A stretch of 64,000 bases of DNA from Macrostomum lignano (Eukaryota), in assembly GCA_002269645.1 (NCBI GenBank), contig NIVC01000758.1, positions 372,001-436,000 of the forward strand, written 5' to 3'. The position numbers were made by a program, and so were the translations under genes. A model generated the notes under the pieces. That model worked only from the letters and a program-made list of their open reading frames with translations, made no database searches and was not told the DNA's origin. Within the stretch, counting starts at the first letter, position 1, and each line of letters opens with the position of its first letter. Positions 25,080-38,300 of the stretch are shown one piece after another.

Positions 25080-26876
25080 CTAAATAGACCTGGCCAGCTG
25101 CAGCAGCAGCAGCACTGCAGGCAGCAGCAGAGTTGCCCGAGTTCGCCCAGCAGGGTTGCACAGGTCGCCGCTGGAGCAGCACAGCTGCATTGAGTCGGTG
25201 CTCCTGGAGGCCTCGCACTGGGAATTGCTGCTGTCCTCCCGGCGGTAGCACTGCCTGCTGATGCGGGTCACCGTGCCCAGGTAGCCGACCATCGACTTGC
25301 TGCGGGCAGTTTTGCGTAATTTGCCGATTTTTACATTGGTCTGACCAATCTGAACGAATGTACATGTAGTTTGAATATAATTGGTTTCACGCAGTGGTGT
25401 AAATAGGGGGGATACGGGGATATATCCCCCCATTTTGATGATTTATAGGAAACGAGCATCAGGTTTTTTTTAAAAATGCAAAATATAGCGGCTTAGACTT
25501 AGCAAAATTGCCAAAAATTGGCCTATTTAACCCGTAAATTAATATTAAAATGTTTTAAACGATATTTCCGTGAATAGTTTGTTCCTAAAATGCCGCAGAC
25601 AGGACAGACGTCTGCCGGCTTTTTTTATTTTAACAAAGTAAAGTTTTTTAGACAAATAAACATGGTTTTGGTACTTTCCAAATGCATACATTAAGCAAAA
25701 AATTGCAAAAAAAACTATTTTATTTGTCTACCATTTTGTCCCTACAAGTTATCCCCCCTTTTCAAAATCCTATGTACACCACTGGTTTTACGCTAATTAC
25801 AGATTTGGTCTGACCAATCTGAATGAATGTAGTTTAAATAATATTGGTTTTACGTTAATTACAGATTTGATCTGACCAATCTGAACGAATGTAGTTTGAA
25901 TAAAATTGGTTTTACGTTAATTACAGATTTGGTCTGACAAATCTGGTACATTTTAGTTAGACTGATGCCACTCGCACTATAATTGCTGGCGCACACGGTG
26001 TTTTATGGATGCAATAAAATAACAGCATGAGCATCAGCTATAATTAAACTGAACCCTCCCCCATCAGCCAGCCAGCCGGCAAGTCCACGTGACCAAGCTG
26101 AATTCGCAGTGCTCCTGATTTCAGCACTGGCTCACTGTAGAGCGTGGCGTGGCGCACAGACGAGGGTTGAGAAGCAAAGCTGCCTAGCAACAAAAATGCT
26201 TTGCCCCCTGCTCTCTCTGTCTTTTGTTTTCGAACTGGTTGCCATGCAATATCCGGCAGAGATTCCAGCCTCCCAGTAACTCCCAGCTCTCTTTTACTCG
26301 GCTGGCATAGCATGCCCTGTTTGCACTCTGCTCCCCATCTGAGCACTGCTAATCCTCATGCAGATTCGCCTCTCTGCTCAGTCTCTTTGAATTGCTGCTT
26401 TTGCTCTTTTCCTGTTTCCCTCTGCAATTCTCTTCTGTCTATTATATCTGCCTGCTGCTCTTCATATTGCAACTTCTGCAGCCAAGCCTCCTTGCCGCCC
26501 AGCCTCCGCTGTCCCAACAAGCAGCCACTTCCCCGCTTTCCCTGCCATTTCCACTTTAAACCAGAATTCTTACAGGCCGACTCGCCCACTACAGATGTAG
26601 CTCGCTTTCTCTGCCTGTCTTTTCCATCTTGCTCTCCCGTCAGTACTCTGGGCTTGCACGGCAACAGTGATGGCTGCAACAGAACCCCTCTGCGCCCCCC
26701 CCCCCTGGAAACCCGCACCGCTGGCCCCGCCGCCCCAGACTTCTTCTCTAAGCAGAACAGCAAATAGCCGAGCCAGAACATTTCTGGCCGCTGGACAAAC
26801 AAAAATGGCTTTGGTATGGCAGCGGCTCTGCTGACAGGGTCTGCATGCATAGGGCTGCAGACTTTCTGTGTCTGCC

Positions 26877-26921
<45 letters not shown>

Positions 26922-26954
26922 TAGTGTCTGTCTGTCTGTGTGTCTGTCTGTCTG

Positions 26955-26989
<35 letters not shown>

Positions 26990-27116
26990 GTCTGTCCGTG
27001 TGTCTGTCTGTCTGTCTGTGTCTTAGTGTCTGTCTGTGTGTCTGTCTGTCTGTCTGTCTTAGTGTCTGTCTGTCTGTGTGTCTGTCTGTCTGTGTCTGTC
27101 CGTCTGTCTGTCTGTC

Positions 27117-27179
<63 letters not shown>

Positions 27180-27186
27180 GTCTTAG

Positions 27187-27247
<61 letters not shown>

Positions 27248-27300
27248 TAGTGTCTGTCTGTCTGTCTTTCTGTCTGTCTGTCTGTCTTTCTGTCTGTCTT

Positions 27301-27388
<88 letters not shown>

Positions 27389-27696
27389 TATCTCTCTGTC
27401 TGTGTGTCTGTCTATCTATCTATCTAATCTATCTATAATCTATCTATCTACATATCCGCTCACCCGCACTGCTCGCAGACGGTGTCATTCATGGCGTTGG
27501 CCGCGGTGACGCTGCCGCTCAGGTCGCAGGGGTCGCAGACGTAGCAGCGAATGCGAGTTCCGGGCAGCGAGGTGGTCGTCGGCGAAGCGGTGGCCGTCAC
27601 CCCCGGTGTCGTCGTGGTGGCGGCGTCCATCACGGCTGGCCGGGAAGCCAGCGCCGCGATGGCGAAGAGTATCGCGGCAGGCAGCAGCTGGGACAT
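25080..27696 (-). CDS. GPI-anchored Ly6/uPAR (three-finger) protein with signal peptide and short Thr-rich stalk; exons 27696-27464 and 25299-25080; 150 aa
   Basis: Signal [18 protein letters not shown]; 10 Cys from RCYVCDPC...CEQCG|K...C...C...CCSSGDLCN; hydrophobic tail [12 protein letters not shown]; phase-2 GT-AG intron. Confidence 0.88.
25335..25945 (+). repeat. ~63 bp tandem repeat (AGATTTGGTCTGACCAATCTGAA...) interrupted by a MITE
   Basis: One copy at ~25335-25391 and about 2.5 copies at 25785-25945. Confidence 0.75.
25392..25784. mobile_element. Non-autonomous hAT-type MITE, 393 bp
   Basis: 16-bp TIR CAGTGGTGTA[A/C]ATAGG; 8-bp TSD gtttcacg / gttttacg (1 mismatch). Confidence 0.85.
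26865..27445 (+). repeat. Compound microsatellite (TCTG)n grading to (TCTA)n, in the Ly6 intron
   Basis: Read directly. Confidence 0.97.
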
Positions 27697-28321
27697 GTTT
27701 CAAGACTCAAGACTGAAGCTCTTGGCTGCTCCGCCGCTCCTAGGGGCAGATGTTGAGTTTTTGGGCGGGAAGAAAAGCGAAGCCTCTTCAGGGCCGGGCT
27801 GAGTTGCTAGGGGGGGGGGGGCTGTCGGCTATTGGAGGCTGGGGTGCAGAAGAGACAGTTGTCAGGCGCGGTGAGCCAGGACAATAGCATGGCGGAAGTC
27901 AGTTCCAGACCTTTGTTTCGCCTCGGCTGCTGCGCTCCGGCCTCCTCCTCTGCTCTCCTCCTTTCTGCAGGCGCAGACGCAACAGAGAGAAAACAGGATG
28001 AGGCACATGCGGCTGGGGGATGCTGGCTGCGTGGGGAACACTGGGAGGGATGCAGCAATGCCGGGTGGAGATGGAGCCCCCCTCACTGCAGCCGCCTGTT
28101 ATTTGTCGAATCGATCGCTGCGGAGGCGGGGGCTGCTGGGGAGGCGAGTCCGCAGGCGGAGCACAATGGCGTGGCCTGTCCCTGCATTCACTGACGCAGA
28201 CCTCCCCGAGCCAGGCCGCTTCCTGACATGACAGCCTGGTAGAAAACGGAAAATATGCGGTTTTTACAGCTCGCTGGCTAAAGTAGTTTCTCGTGTCTTG
28301 AGGTTTCTAGCTTTTGAAGTG

Positions 28322-28972
28322 TCCAGTTTGTGAACTCTCCAGTTTGTGAACTCTCCAGTTTGTGAGCTCTCCAGTTTGTGAACTCTCCAGTTTGTGAACT
28401 CTCCTGTTTGTGAACTCTCCTGTTTGTGAACTCTCCAGTTTGTGAACTCTCCAGATTGTGAACTCTCCAGTTTGTGAACTCTCCAGTTTGTGAACTCTCC
28501 AGATTGTGAACTCCCCAGTTTGTGAACTCTCCAGTTTGTGAACTCTCCAGATTGTGAACTCTCCAGTTTGTGAACTCTCCAGATTGTGAACTCTCCAGTT
28601 TGTGAACTCTCCAGATTGTGAACTCTCCTGTTTGTGAACTCTCCAGTTTGTGAACTCTCCAGATTGTGAACTCTCCAGATTGTGAACTCTCCTGTTTGTG
28701 AACTCTCCAGTTTGTGAACTCTCCAGATTGTGAACTCTCCAGTTTGTGAACTCTCCAGATTGTGAACTCTCCAGTTTGTGAACTCTCCTGTTTGTGAACT
28801 CTCCAGTTTGTGAGCTCTCCAGTTTGTGAACTCTCCTGTTTGTGAACTCTCCTGTTTGTGAACTCTCCAGTTTGTGAACTCTCCAGTTTGTGAACTCTCC
28901 AGATTGTGAACTCTCCTGTTTGTGAACTCTCCTGTTTGTGAACTCTCCTGTTTGTGAACTCTCCTGTTTGTG
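28322..28972 (+). repeat. Minisatellite, 16 bp G[T/A]TTGTGAACTCTCC[A/T]
   Basis: ~40 copies read directly. Confidence 0.95.
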
Positions 28973-29205
28973 AAGCGACCCCGCCTGACAGACCCCAGTT
29001 GTGCGGCCATCAGAGGCAGAGAGAGCGGCGAGAAAGCTGCAGCGTTGAAGGGGGGTAGAAAAAAGAGAAAGAAGGAAAAGATGAGAGCTGCAGGGGCACA
29101 ATTATGCACGCAGAAGAATTTCATAACTCTGCCGCCCGCCCCGCCTCTCCGCTCCCTCCACTCGCCTTCGCACAGACCTGCGACTAAATAAGCCTCAGGT
29201 TGTCC

Positions 29206-29792
29206 ATGGTGACCATCTGCCCCCCGGCTCTCTCTTTCGGACAGTAAGCTAGACTCAGAGAAAGTGAAGGCTGTAGGCGAAGTAGAAGCAGAACGAGCAG
29301 TAGAAGAGGCAACAGAAGCAGAAGAAGCAACAGAAGCAGAAGAAGCAACAGAAGCAGAAGAAGCGACAGAAGCAGACGAAGCAACAGAAGCAGAAGAAAC
29401 AACAGAAGCAGAAGAAGCAACAGAATCAGAAGAAACAGCAGAAGCAGCAGAAGCAGAAGCAACAGAAGCACAAGAAACAACAGAAGCAGAAGAAACAACA
29501 GAAGCAGAAGAAACAACAGAATCACAAGAAACAGCAGAAGCAGAAGAAACAGCAGAAGCAGAAGAAGCAGCAGAAGCAGAAGAAACAACAAGCAGAAGAA
29601 ACAACAGAAGCAGAAGAAACAACAGAAGCAGAAAAAACAGCAGAAGCAGCATAAAAAACATGACCTATTCTCAGCGAGGCGGCGGCGCGGACGTCCTGAC
29701 GCTGCCGCGGCTGATGCGCAGCCTGCATGACCGAGCGGAGACGCCGAACGCGGACAAGGACCCGATCCGCTATCAGTGGCACACCCGCCCGT

Positions 29793-29825
<33 letters not shown>

Positions 29826-30621
29826 CGGCCGATGCGACAGGCGACAGGCCAGCCAGCTTTGGCCGCTTCGACTCGGATGACATTCTGGCCGCGGTGCGCC
29901 GTCGGATCCGCAGCCCGCCGGACCACCGCATCCGGGACGCCATGCACCGCCGGGCCGTGGCCGAAGCCAACCCGGGCGGCGGCAGAGGCGGCCAGCTGAA
30001 CTCGGTGATGGCGCACTACCTGACGGCCAGCAGCCTGGCTGATTCGGTGCTCAACCGCCGCCTGATGCAGCCGGCCCAGCAGCCTGGCTGCAGCTGCTGC
30101 GCTGGGGTGAACTTCGCCAACAAGCTACGGCGCCACCGGGCCGCCAGGGGCGTCGTGCCGCTGCCCGAGCAGGACCGGCTGGCCGGGCCGCCCTCCAGCT
30201 TCCACTACGATGCTTCGCCGGACGAGCTGGCCGAGCTGGCCGACCACCGCCGCCTTCGCCACCGCCCAACCACCCCGCCGGAGCTGCGGCGGAGCGAAGC
30301 GGAGCACCAGCTGGACGCCAACTTGCGGAGGCTGGAGAGCTCCATCCTAGCGCTGGGGAGCCGCCGGAGCGGCCGAGCCTGCCGCCCGACTGCTCGGTGA
30401 GCTCGGAGCTCGAGCCGCAGGCGGACGAGTACTTCCGGCCGGGCGTGGTGCCCACCAAGTATCTGCCGTTCGCGCCCAGGAATCCGCTGAGGCGCCCGCC
30501 GCCCCGGCTCAGCGGCGGTGACCTCAAGGAGAGGCGGGGCCGGGCGGCCGCCAAGTACGTGAGCTTCAGCCCGAGGAACCCGGAGCTCGTGCTGTACTCA
30601 CCGGAGGCCAGCGTGCTCTGA
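29206..30621 (+). CDS. Uncharacterised protein; proposed exons 29206-29243 and 29650-30621, with a probable 1-nt frameshift near 30386
   Basis: GC-rich long ORF (…TYSQRGGGADVLTLPRL…) continuing in another frame to 30621; donor CA|GTAAGC and acceptor CAG|C have compatible phase; no family recognised. Confidence 0.5.
29280..29649 (+). repeat. Purine-rich 9/18 bp repeat (AGAAGC/AACAGAAGCAGAAG)
   Basis: Read directly; either intronic or coding for EAEEAT repeats. Confidence 0.9.
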
Positions 30622-30689
30622 TTGGCTGGGAGGCCGTTTTACTGAATTCAGAGTTTGGAGTTTTGCTGGATCATTTTTCAGCCTTGGCA

Positions 30690-31260
30690 CTCCGATCCAA
30701 TCCACTCCAATCCACCCCAATCCACTCCAATCCACCCCAATCCACTCCAATCCACCCCAATCCACTCCAATCCACCCCAATCCACCCAATCCACCTAACT
30801 CCACCCCAATCCACCCAACTCCACCCCAATCCACTCCAATCCACCCCAATCCACCCAACTCCACCCCAATCCACCCAACTCCACCCCAATCCACCCAAAT
30901 CCACCCAATCCACCTAACTCCACCCAATCCACCCAGTCCACCCAATCCACCAAATTCACCAAATTCACCAAATTCACTATATCTACCCGATCCAGCCAAT
31001 CCACCAAATCTACCCAATCCACCAACTCCACCCAATCCACCAGTCCACCCCAAATCCACCCCAATCCAACAAATCCACCCTATTGCACCAAATCCAACCC
31101 ATTTCCACCCCAAATCCACCTTAATCCACCAATCCATCCCAAATCCACCCCAATCCATCCAATCCAATCCACCCCAATCCACCCCAAATCCACCCTATCC
31201 ACCCCAAAGCCCAAATCCACCAGTCCACTGCAAACCCACACTAATTCACTCCAATGATCC
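30690..31260 (+). repeat. Degenerate (CAATCCAC[C/T]C)n repeat 3' of the unidentified gene
   Basis: Read directly. Confidence 0.9.
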
Positions 31261-31964
31261 AATCCACACCCAATGCTTAACGCCAATTCTAGAATGGAAT
31301 GTTTAATATATTTCAGTATTATATTTTCAATCCAAACTTGTACCGCAGAGTACATCCCTGCCCTTTACAAAATAAGTACTACATGTACCTTTCTGCGCAG
31401 TAAATGTAATTCTAATAAAGCAACTACATGTAATTCGCTGTTTTTACTTTAGGAGAATTCACTTCATCTCTACTGCTAGTAGAGAGTTTGAAATATTTTC
31501 CATTTCACCATATTCGTAATGCGCCCGACGCACACAAGCACGCGTTTTTCAGAGATAACCTGTAACAAATATATTATAGTAAATAAACAAAGCAAAATGT
31601 CTGATGAAGACAACTGTCCATGCTTGATTTTTTCTCTTAAAACCAGCAGAAAATACACATTGGCACCTCTTTCTGCTTGAAGTCGTGGGAAGACAGAATT
31701 TTTATTGTTGAGCAGCTGTAAGCTTCTATATAGAATATTAAGTCTACAGGGATTCAGCTTAATCCACGGTGCACTGGTTAAAGCTTTGCGCAGTAAAACA
31801 AAATAGTAAATAAAAAGCTGCAAGTTGGATACACAAGCAGGAGTCAAGGTTGAATGCAAATTATTGGCACCAGCAGCTGTGGACAGAAGTGCAGCTCAGT
31901 TTGCAAATCCATTTGCAGTGTCACCTCTCCCTATTGCTCAGCTTAGTCTATCGGGATCCACACC

Positions 31965-32280
31965 AGTCCACACGAATCTACACCAGTCCACACCAATCCA
32001 CACCAATCCACAGCAGTGCACACAAATCCACATCAACCCACATCAGCACACACCAATCCACATCAGCACACACCAATCCACATCAACACACACCAATCCA
32101 CATCAACCCACACCAATCCACATCAGCATACACCAATCCACATCAGCACACACCAATCCACATCAACACACACCAATCCACATCAGCACACACCAATCCA
32201 CACCAGCACACACCAATCCACACCAATCCTAAACCAACCCACAATAACCCACATCAACCAAACCAATCCACGTCAATCCA
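31965..32280 (+). repeat. Degenerate CACACCAATCCACATCA[G/A] repeat 3' of PTPDC1
   Basis: Read directly. Confidence 0.88.
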
Positions 32281-32314
32281 CTCAAGTTCATGCCAAACAC
32301 ACCAATCGAAGGCT

Positions 32315-35300
32315 CTACTCCTCAGCTCCCAGCCTCTCTTCCGCATCCCCGTCCAGCGCCATCGCCTCCCCATAGGGCAGCTCCTTCTCGGCGATCTCGC
32401 GCGCCTCCTCAGCCCGCAGCTCCTCCTCCTCGGCCTCGCGCGGCTCGCCGCACAGCCGCCCGAGCGGCGCCGCCCAGGCCCGGAACGGCCCGACGCCCGG
32501 CCGCTCCACCAGGCACTCGGTGAAGTCCAAGAAGCTGGCGAAGTACTTGGCGAATGCCGGGTAGCCGCGGCCATTCGCGGTGTCCCAGGCGGCCAGACCG
32601 GTCTGCGTGAGGCCGGACAACAGGCGCAGCATGACGGCCTCCTCCAGGTCGTCCATGGCGTGCTGGCCGCCAGCGCCGAAGCGCAGAAGGAAAACCGCGC
32701 AGTAGCGGAGCAGCGTGGCAGTGAGGCTGCTCAGGCCGCCAGGCCGGCCGTGATGGTCGGGGAGGCCAGCAGGATCGAGATGTGCTGCGGGTGGCCACCG
32801 GGGAGTCAGTGGGGCAGTGGGTCATTGGGGCAGTGGGTCAGTGGGTCATTGGGGCAGTGGGTCAGTGGGTCATTGGGGCAGTGGGTCATTGGGGCAGTGG
32901 GTCAGTGGGTCATTGGGCAGTGGGTCAGTGGGTCATTGGGGCAGTGGGTCAGTGGGTCATTGGGGCAGTGGGTCAGTGGGTCATTGGGGCAGTGGGTCAG
33001 TGGGTCATTGGGGCAGTGGGTCATTGGGGCAGTGGGTCAGTGGGTCATTGGGGCAGTGGGTCAGTGGGTCATTGGGGCAGTGGGTCAGTGGGTCATTGGG
33101 GCAGTGGGTCAGTGGGTCATTGGGGCAGTGGGTCATTGGGGCAGTGAGTCAGTGGGTCATTGGGGCAGTGGGTCAGTGGATCACTGGGTCAATGTATCAG
33201 TACGTCAGTAGGTCAGTTGATCAGTGAGTCAGTGGGTCAGTGGGGCAGTCGGTCAGTGTGTCAGTGGGTCAGTGTGGCAGTGTTTCAGAGGTTTAATGGG
33301 TCAGTGTGTCAGAGGGTCATTATGGGTCAATGGGTCAATTAGTCACAGTGTGCTAGTGAGTCAGAGGGTCAATGGGTTAGAAGGTTAATGGGTCAATGGG
33401 TCAGTTTGGACAAAGGATCAATATGGGTCAATGGTCAATGGGTCAGTGGGTCAGTTTTGTCAGAGGATCAATATGGGTCAATGGTCAATGGGTCAGTGGG
33501 TCAGTTTGGTCAGAGGATCAATATGGGTCAATGGGTCAGTGGGTCAGTTTGGTCAGAGGATCAATATGGGTCAATGGGTCAATGGGTCAGTTGGTCAGAG
33601 CAATGGTGGGTCAGAGCAGTGGTGGGCCATAGCAGTGGTGGGTCAGTGGGTCAGTGCTCACCTGCCTGGTGACGGCAGCGGCCTTGAGTTCCCACAGCCA
33701 GCAGAGCAGGAAGCGGAACAGCCTGCCGGGGTCCTGGCAGTGCAGCACAGGCCGGTAGCTGCCCTCCGAGTTCAGGCGGTCCCGCCAGACTTTCAGCTCG
33801 TCATCAAGCCGTGGCGGAGCAGCGGCAGCCGCCAGCTCCGAGGTTGCGGCGAGGACGGCCTCGAGGGTGAGCCGCCTGGCAACAGGAAGGGCGGTCAAGC
33901 TGTACTTATCCTGGTAATTTGCGGAAAATTCTGTGCAGATGCCAGAGCATCCAAATGCAAAATCTGTTATAGGCATTGTGAAACCGCCTCGGACCAAGCT
34001 TCAAATGACCTTCAAAAGTCCACCAGCTGTTGATAAATATCAGTTAAGCCAATGAATTTTTAGGCCTTCAAATTTTTTCCACAACACTGAAGTGTTGCAT
34101 GGGGAGGAGACGGCCGCATTCATTTGAGGCTTGTGCGCACGGAAGCTGGCCTGCGGGTTGTCCTGAGATTCACACCTCGTGAGGGCCGATTCCCAAGGCA
34201 CAGAGGGTGCACATGTCTGACGCAAGGGCTACTCAAGTAGGACGAGAAACCTCGTTTCTTGGAATATGTTTATGAGGCTGGTTTCTGCCTGAAAAATACA
34301 CTGCGGAGATAGGAAGTTTTCAGTTTTTCAGAACAAAAATTGTTATTGATTCTTTAACCAAAGCGAACCTGTCCGCGCCCCGCAGCCCGATTCTTTAACC
34401 AAAGCGAACCTGCCCGCGCCCCGCAGCCCGATTCTTTAACCAAAGCGAACCTGCCCGCGCCCCGCAGCCCGATTCTTTAACCAAAGCGAACCTGCCGCGC
34501 CCCGCAGCCCGATTCTTTAACCAAAGCGAACCTGCCCGCGCCCCGCAGCCCGATTCTTTAACCAAAGCGAACCTGCCCGCGCCCCGCAGCCCGATTCTTT
34601 AACCAAAGCGAACCTGCCCGCGCCCCGCAGCCCGATTCTTTAACCAAAGCGAACCTGCCCGCGCCCCGCAGCCCGATTCTTTAACCAAAGCGAACCTGCC
34701 CGCGCCCCGCAGCCCGATTCTTTAACCAAAGCGAACCTGCCCGCGCCCCGCAGCCCGTTTCTTTAACCAAAGCGAACCTGCCCGCGCCCCGCAGCCCGAT
34801 TCTTTAACCAAAGCGAACCTGCCCGCGCCCCGCAGCCCGATTCTTTAACCAAAGCGAACCTGCCCGCGCCCCGCAGCCCGTTTCTTTAACCAAAGCGAAC
34901 CTGTCCGCGCCCCGCAGCCCGATTCTTTAACCAAAGCGAACCTGCCCGCGCCCCGCAGCCCGTTTCTTTAACCAAAGCGATCCTGTCCGCGCCCCGCAGC
35001 CCGATTCTTTAACCAAAGCGAACCTGTCCGCGCCCCGCAGCCCGATTCTTTAACCAAAGCGAACCTGCCCGCGCCCCGCAGCCCGATTCTTTAACCAAGG
35101 CGAACCTGTCCGCGCCCCGCAGCCCGATTCTTTAACCAAGGCGAACCTGTCCGCGCCCCGCAGCCCGTTTCTTTAACCAAAGCGAACCTGTCCGCGCCCC
35201 GCAGCCTGATTCTTTAACCAAAGCGAACCTGTCCGCGCCCCGCAGCCCGATTCTTTAACCAAAGCGAACCTGCCCGCGCCCCGCAGCCCGATTCTTTAAC

Positions 35301-38300
35301 CAAGGCGAACCTGCCCGCGCCCCGCAGCCCGATTCTTTAACCAAGGCGAACCTGCCCGCGCCCCGCAGCCCGATTCTTTAACCAAAGCGATCCTGTCCGC
35401 GCCCCGCAGCCCGTTTCTTTAACCAAAGCGATCCTGTCCGCGCCCCGCAGCCCGATTCTTTAACCAAAGCGATCCTGTCCGCGCCCCGCAGCCCGATTCT
35501 TTAACCAAGGCGAACCTGTCCGCGCCCAGCGACAGCTGCAGCAGCCGGGTGCAGACTGTGTGCACAAGCAGCGACAGCCGGCGCAGCTTCCTGGCCGCGA
35601 CGCCGTGCAGTAGCGCCCGCTGCCTGTGGAGATGCTCCTCGTAGGAGAACCGGTGCCCGCAGGCCGCCAGGCCTCGGTCCGGCCACTGCACCAGCAGGAT
35701 GCGAATGCGCTTGGAGAATTCCCGGACACCGGCCACCTGGGGTTGCCGACGAGTGGCGGGGCGGGCATTCAATGGCTGCCGGATTTTATGCTCAGTTGTC
35801 ACTCGGGTGTCACACAGTTGTCACTCGGATGTCACACAGTTGTCACTCGGGTGTCACACAGTTGTCACTCGGATGTCACACAGTTGTCACTCGGGTGTCA
35901 CACAGTTGTCACTCGGGTGTCACACAGTTGTCACTCGGGTGTCACACAGTTGTCACTCGGGTGTCACACAGTTGTCACTCGGGTGTCACACAGTTGTCAC
36001 TCGGGTGTCACACAGTTGTCACTCGGGTGTCACACAGTTGTCACTCGGGTGTCACACAGTTGTCACTCGGGTGTCACACAGTTGTCACTCGGGTGTCACA
36101 CAGTTGTCACTCGGGTGTCACACAGTTGTCAAACAGGTGTCACTCTGCTGTCATTCGAATGTTATTTAGATGCGATTATATTTGGGGGCTTTAGATTTTA
36201 CTCTGATATCACTCAGATGTCACTCATTTGTTACTCCAAAATCACTCTCTTGTTACTCAGCCGTCACTTAGTTGTCATCGAAGTGTTGTCACTTTGCCAC
36301 CACTTTGGTGTCATGCAGATGTTATTTAGAAGTCACCCAGTTGTCTTCAGCACTCTGGCCAACACAGTTGCCCCCCCCACGTCCCACCAGCTGCTCACCT
36401 GAGCATGCGACTGCACCGAGCCGGGCCGCTTCAGCCGCAGGTAGGCGATGGCCAGGGCGGGGCTGAGCCGGCGGCTGAACACCAGCAGGCAGGCGATGGC
36501 GAGGCCGGTGCGGCCCAGCCCGGCGTGGCAGTGCACGGCGATGCGGCCCTCGGTTAGGGCGAACTGCATCACCCGGACAAGATCCAGCATCCGGTAGAAG
36601 CTCGGGCAGGTGTAATCGGCCCAGTACAGGTTGTACACGCTGATGCCGTGGCGCATCAGCTCGGTCTGGTCGTAGGAATAGGGGCCCAGCAGGCCGCGGC
36701 CGCAGTGCGCGTGCTCGTGCGGCTCCTGCACACAGAACACCGACTTGACGCTGTGCCTGGGAGCGGTGTGGCGATGGCCTTCCGGTTGCTATGAATCTAC
36801 TGCTGCTTCCAGTTGCTATGAATCTACTGCTGCTTCCGGTTGCTATGAATCTACTGCTGCTTCCGGTTGCTATGAATCTACTGCTGCTTCCGGTTGCTAT
36901 GAGTCTACTGCTGCTTCCAGTTGCTATGAATCTACTGCTGCTTCCGGTTGCTATGAATCTACTGCTGCTTCCGGTTGCTATGAATCTACTGCTGCTTCCA
37001 GTTGCTATGAATCTACTGCTGCTTCCGGTTGCTATGAATCTACTGCTGCTTCCGGTTGCTATGAATCTACTGCTGCTTCCGGTTGCTATGAGTCTACTGC
37101 TGCTTCCAGTTGCTATGAATCTACTGCTGCTTCCGGTTGCTATGAATCTACTGCTGCTTCCGGTTGCTATGAATCTACTGCTGCTTCCAGTTGCTATGAA
37201 TCTACTGCTGCTTCCGGTTGCTATGAATCTACTGCTGCTTCCGGTTGCTATGAATCTACTGCTGCTTCCGGTTGCTATGAGTCTACTGCTGCTTCCAGTT
37301 GCTATGAATCTACTGCTGCTTCCGGTTGCTATGAATCTACTGCTGCTTCCGGTTGCTATGAATCTACTGCTGCTTCCGGTTGCTATGAATCTACTGCTGC
37401 TTCCGGTTGCTATGAATCTACTGCTGCTTCCGGTTGCTATGAATCTACTGCTGCTTCCGGTTGCTATGAGTCTAGCTTCCGGTTGCTATGAATCTACTGC
37501 TGCTTCCGGTTGCTATGAGTCTAGCTTCCGGTTGCTATGAATCTACTGCTGCTTCCGGTTGCTATGAGTCTAGCTTCCGGTTGCCATGAATCTACTGCTG
37601 CTTCCAGTTGCTATGAATCTAGCTTCCGGTTGCTATGAATCTAGCTTCCGGTTCCTATATCTAGCTTTCGGTTGCTATGAATCTAGCTTCCTGTTGCTAT
37701 GAATCTAGCTTCCGGTTCCTATATCTAGCTTCCGGTTGCTATGAATCTAGCTTCCGGTTCCTATATCTAGCTTTCGGTTGCTATGAATATAGCTTCCTGT
37801 TGCTATGAATCTAGCTTCCTGTTGCTATGAATCTAGCTTCCGGTTGCTATGAATCTAGCTTCCGGTTCCTATATCTAGCTTTCGGTTGCTATGAATCTAG
37901 CTTCCTGTTGCTATGAATCTAGCTTCCGGTTCCTATATCTAGCTTCCGGTTGCTATGAATCTAGCTTCCGGTTCCTATATCTAGCTTTCGGTTGCTATGA
38001 ATATAGCTTCCTGTTGCTATGAATCTAGCTTCCTGTTGCTATGAATCTAGCTTTCGGTTGCTATGAATCTACTGCTGCTTCCGTTTGCTATGAATCTACT
38101 GTTGCTTCCGGTTGCTATGAATCTAGCTTCCGGTTGTTATGAATCTAGCTTCCGGTTGTTTTGAATCTAGCTTCCTGTTGCTATGAATCTAGCTTCCGGT
38201 TGCTATGAATCTACTGTTGCTTCCGGTTGCTATGAATCTAGCTTGCGGTTGTTATGAATCTAGCTTGCGGTTGTTATGAATCTAGCTTCCGGTTTCTATG

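Noticed and set aside
26044-26850. Charged coiled-coil-like ORF inside the Ly6 intron
   Set aside because: No homology recognised and no convincing exon structure
36745-37540. Long periodic ORFs inside arrays (also 21109-21456, 26816-27509, 28264-29101, 35626-36402, 43664-44882, 50156-50778)
   Set aside because: They arise from stop-free repeat units, and several lie in introns of well-supported genes
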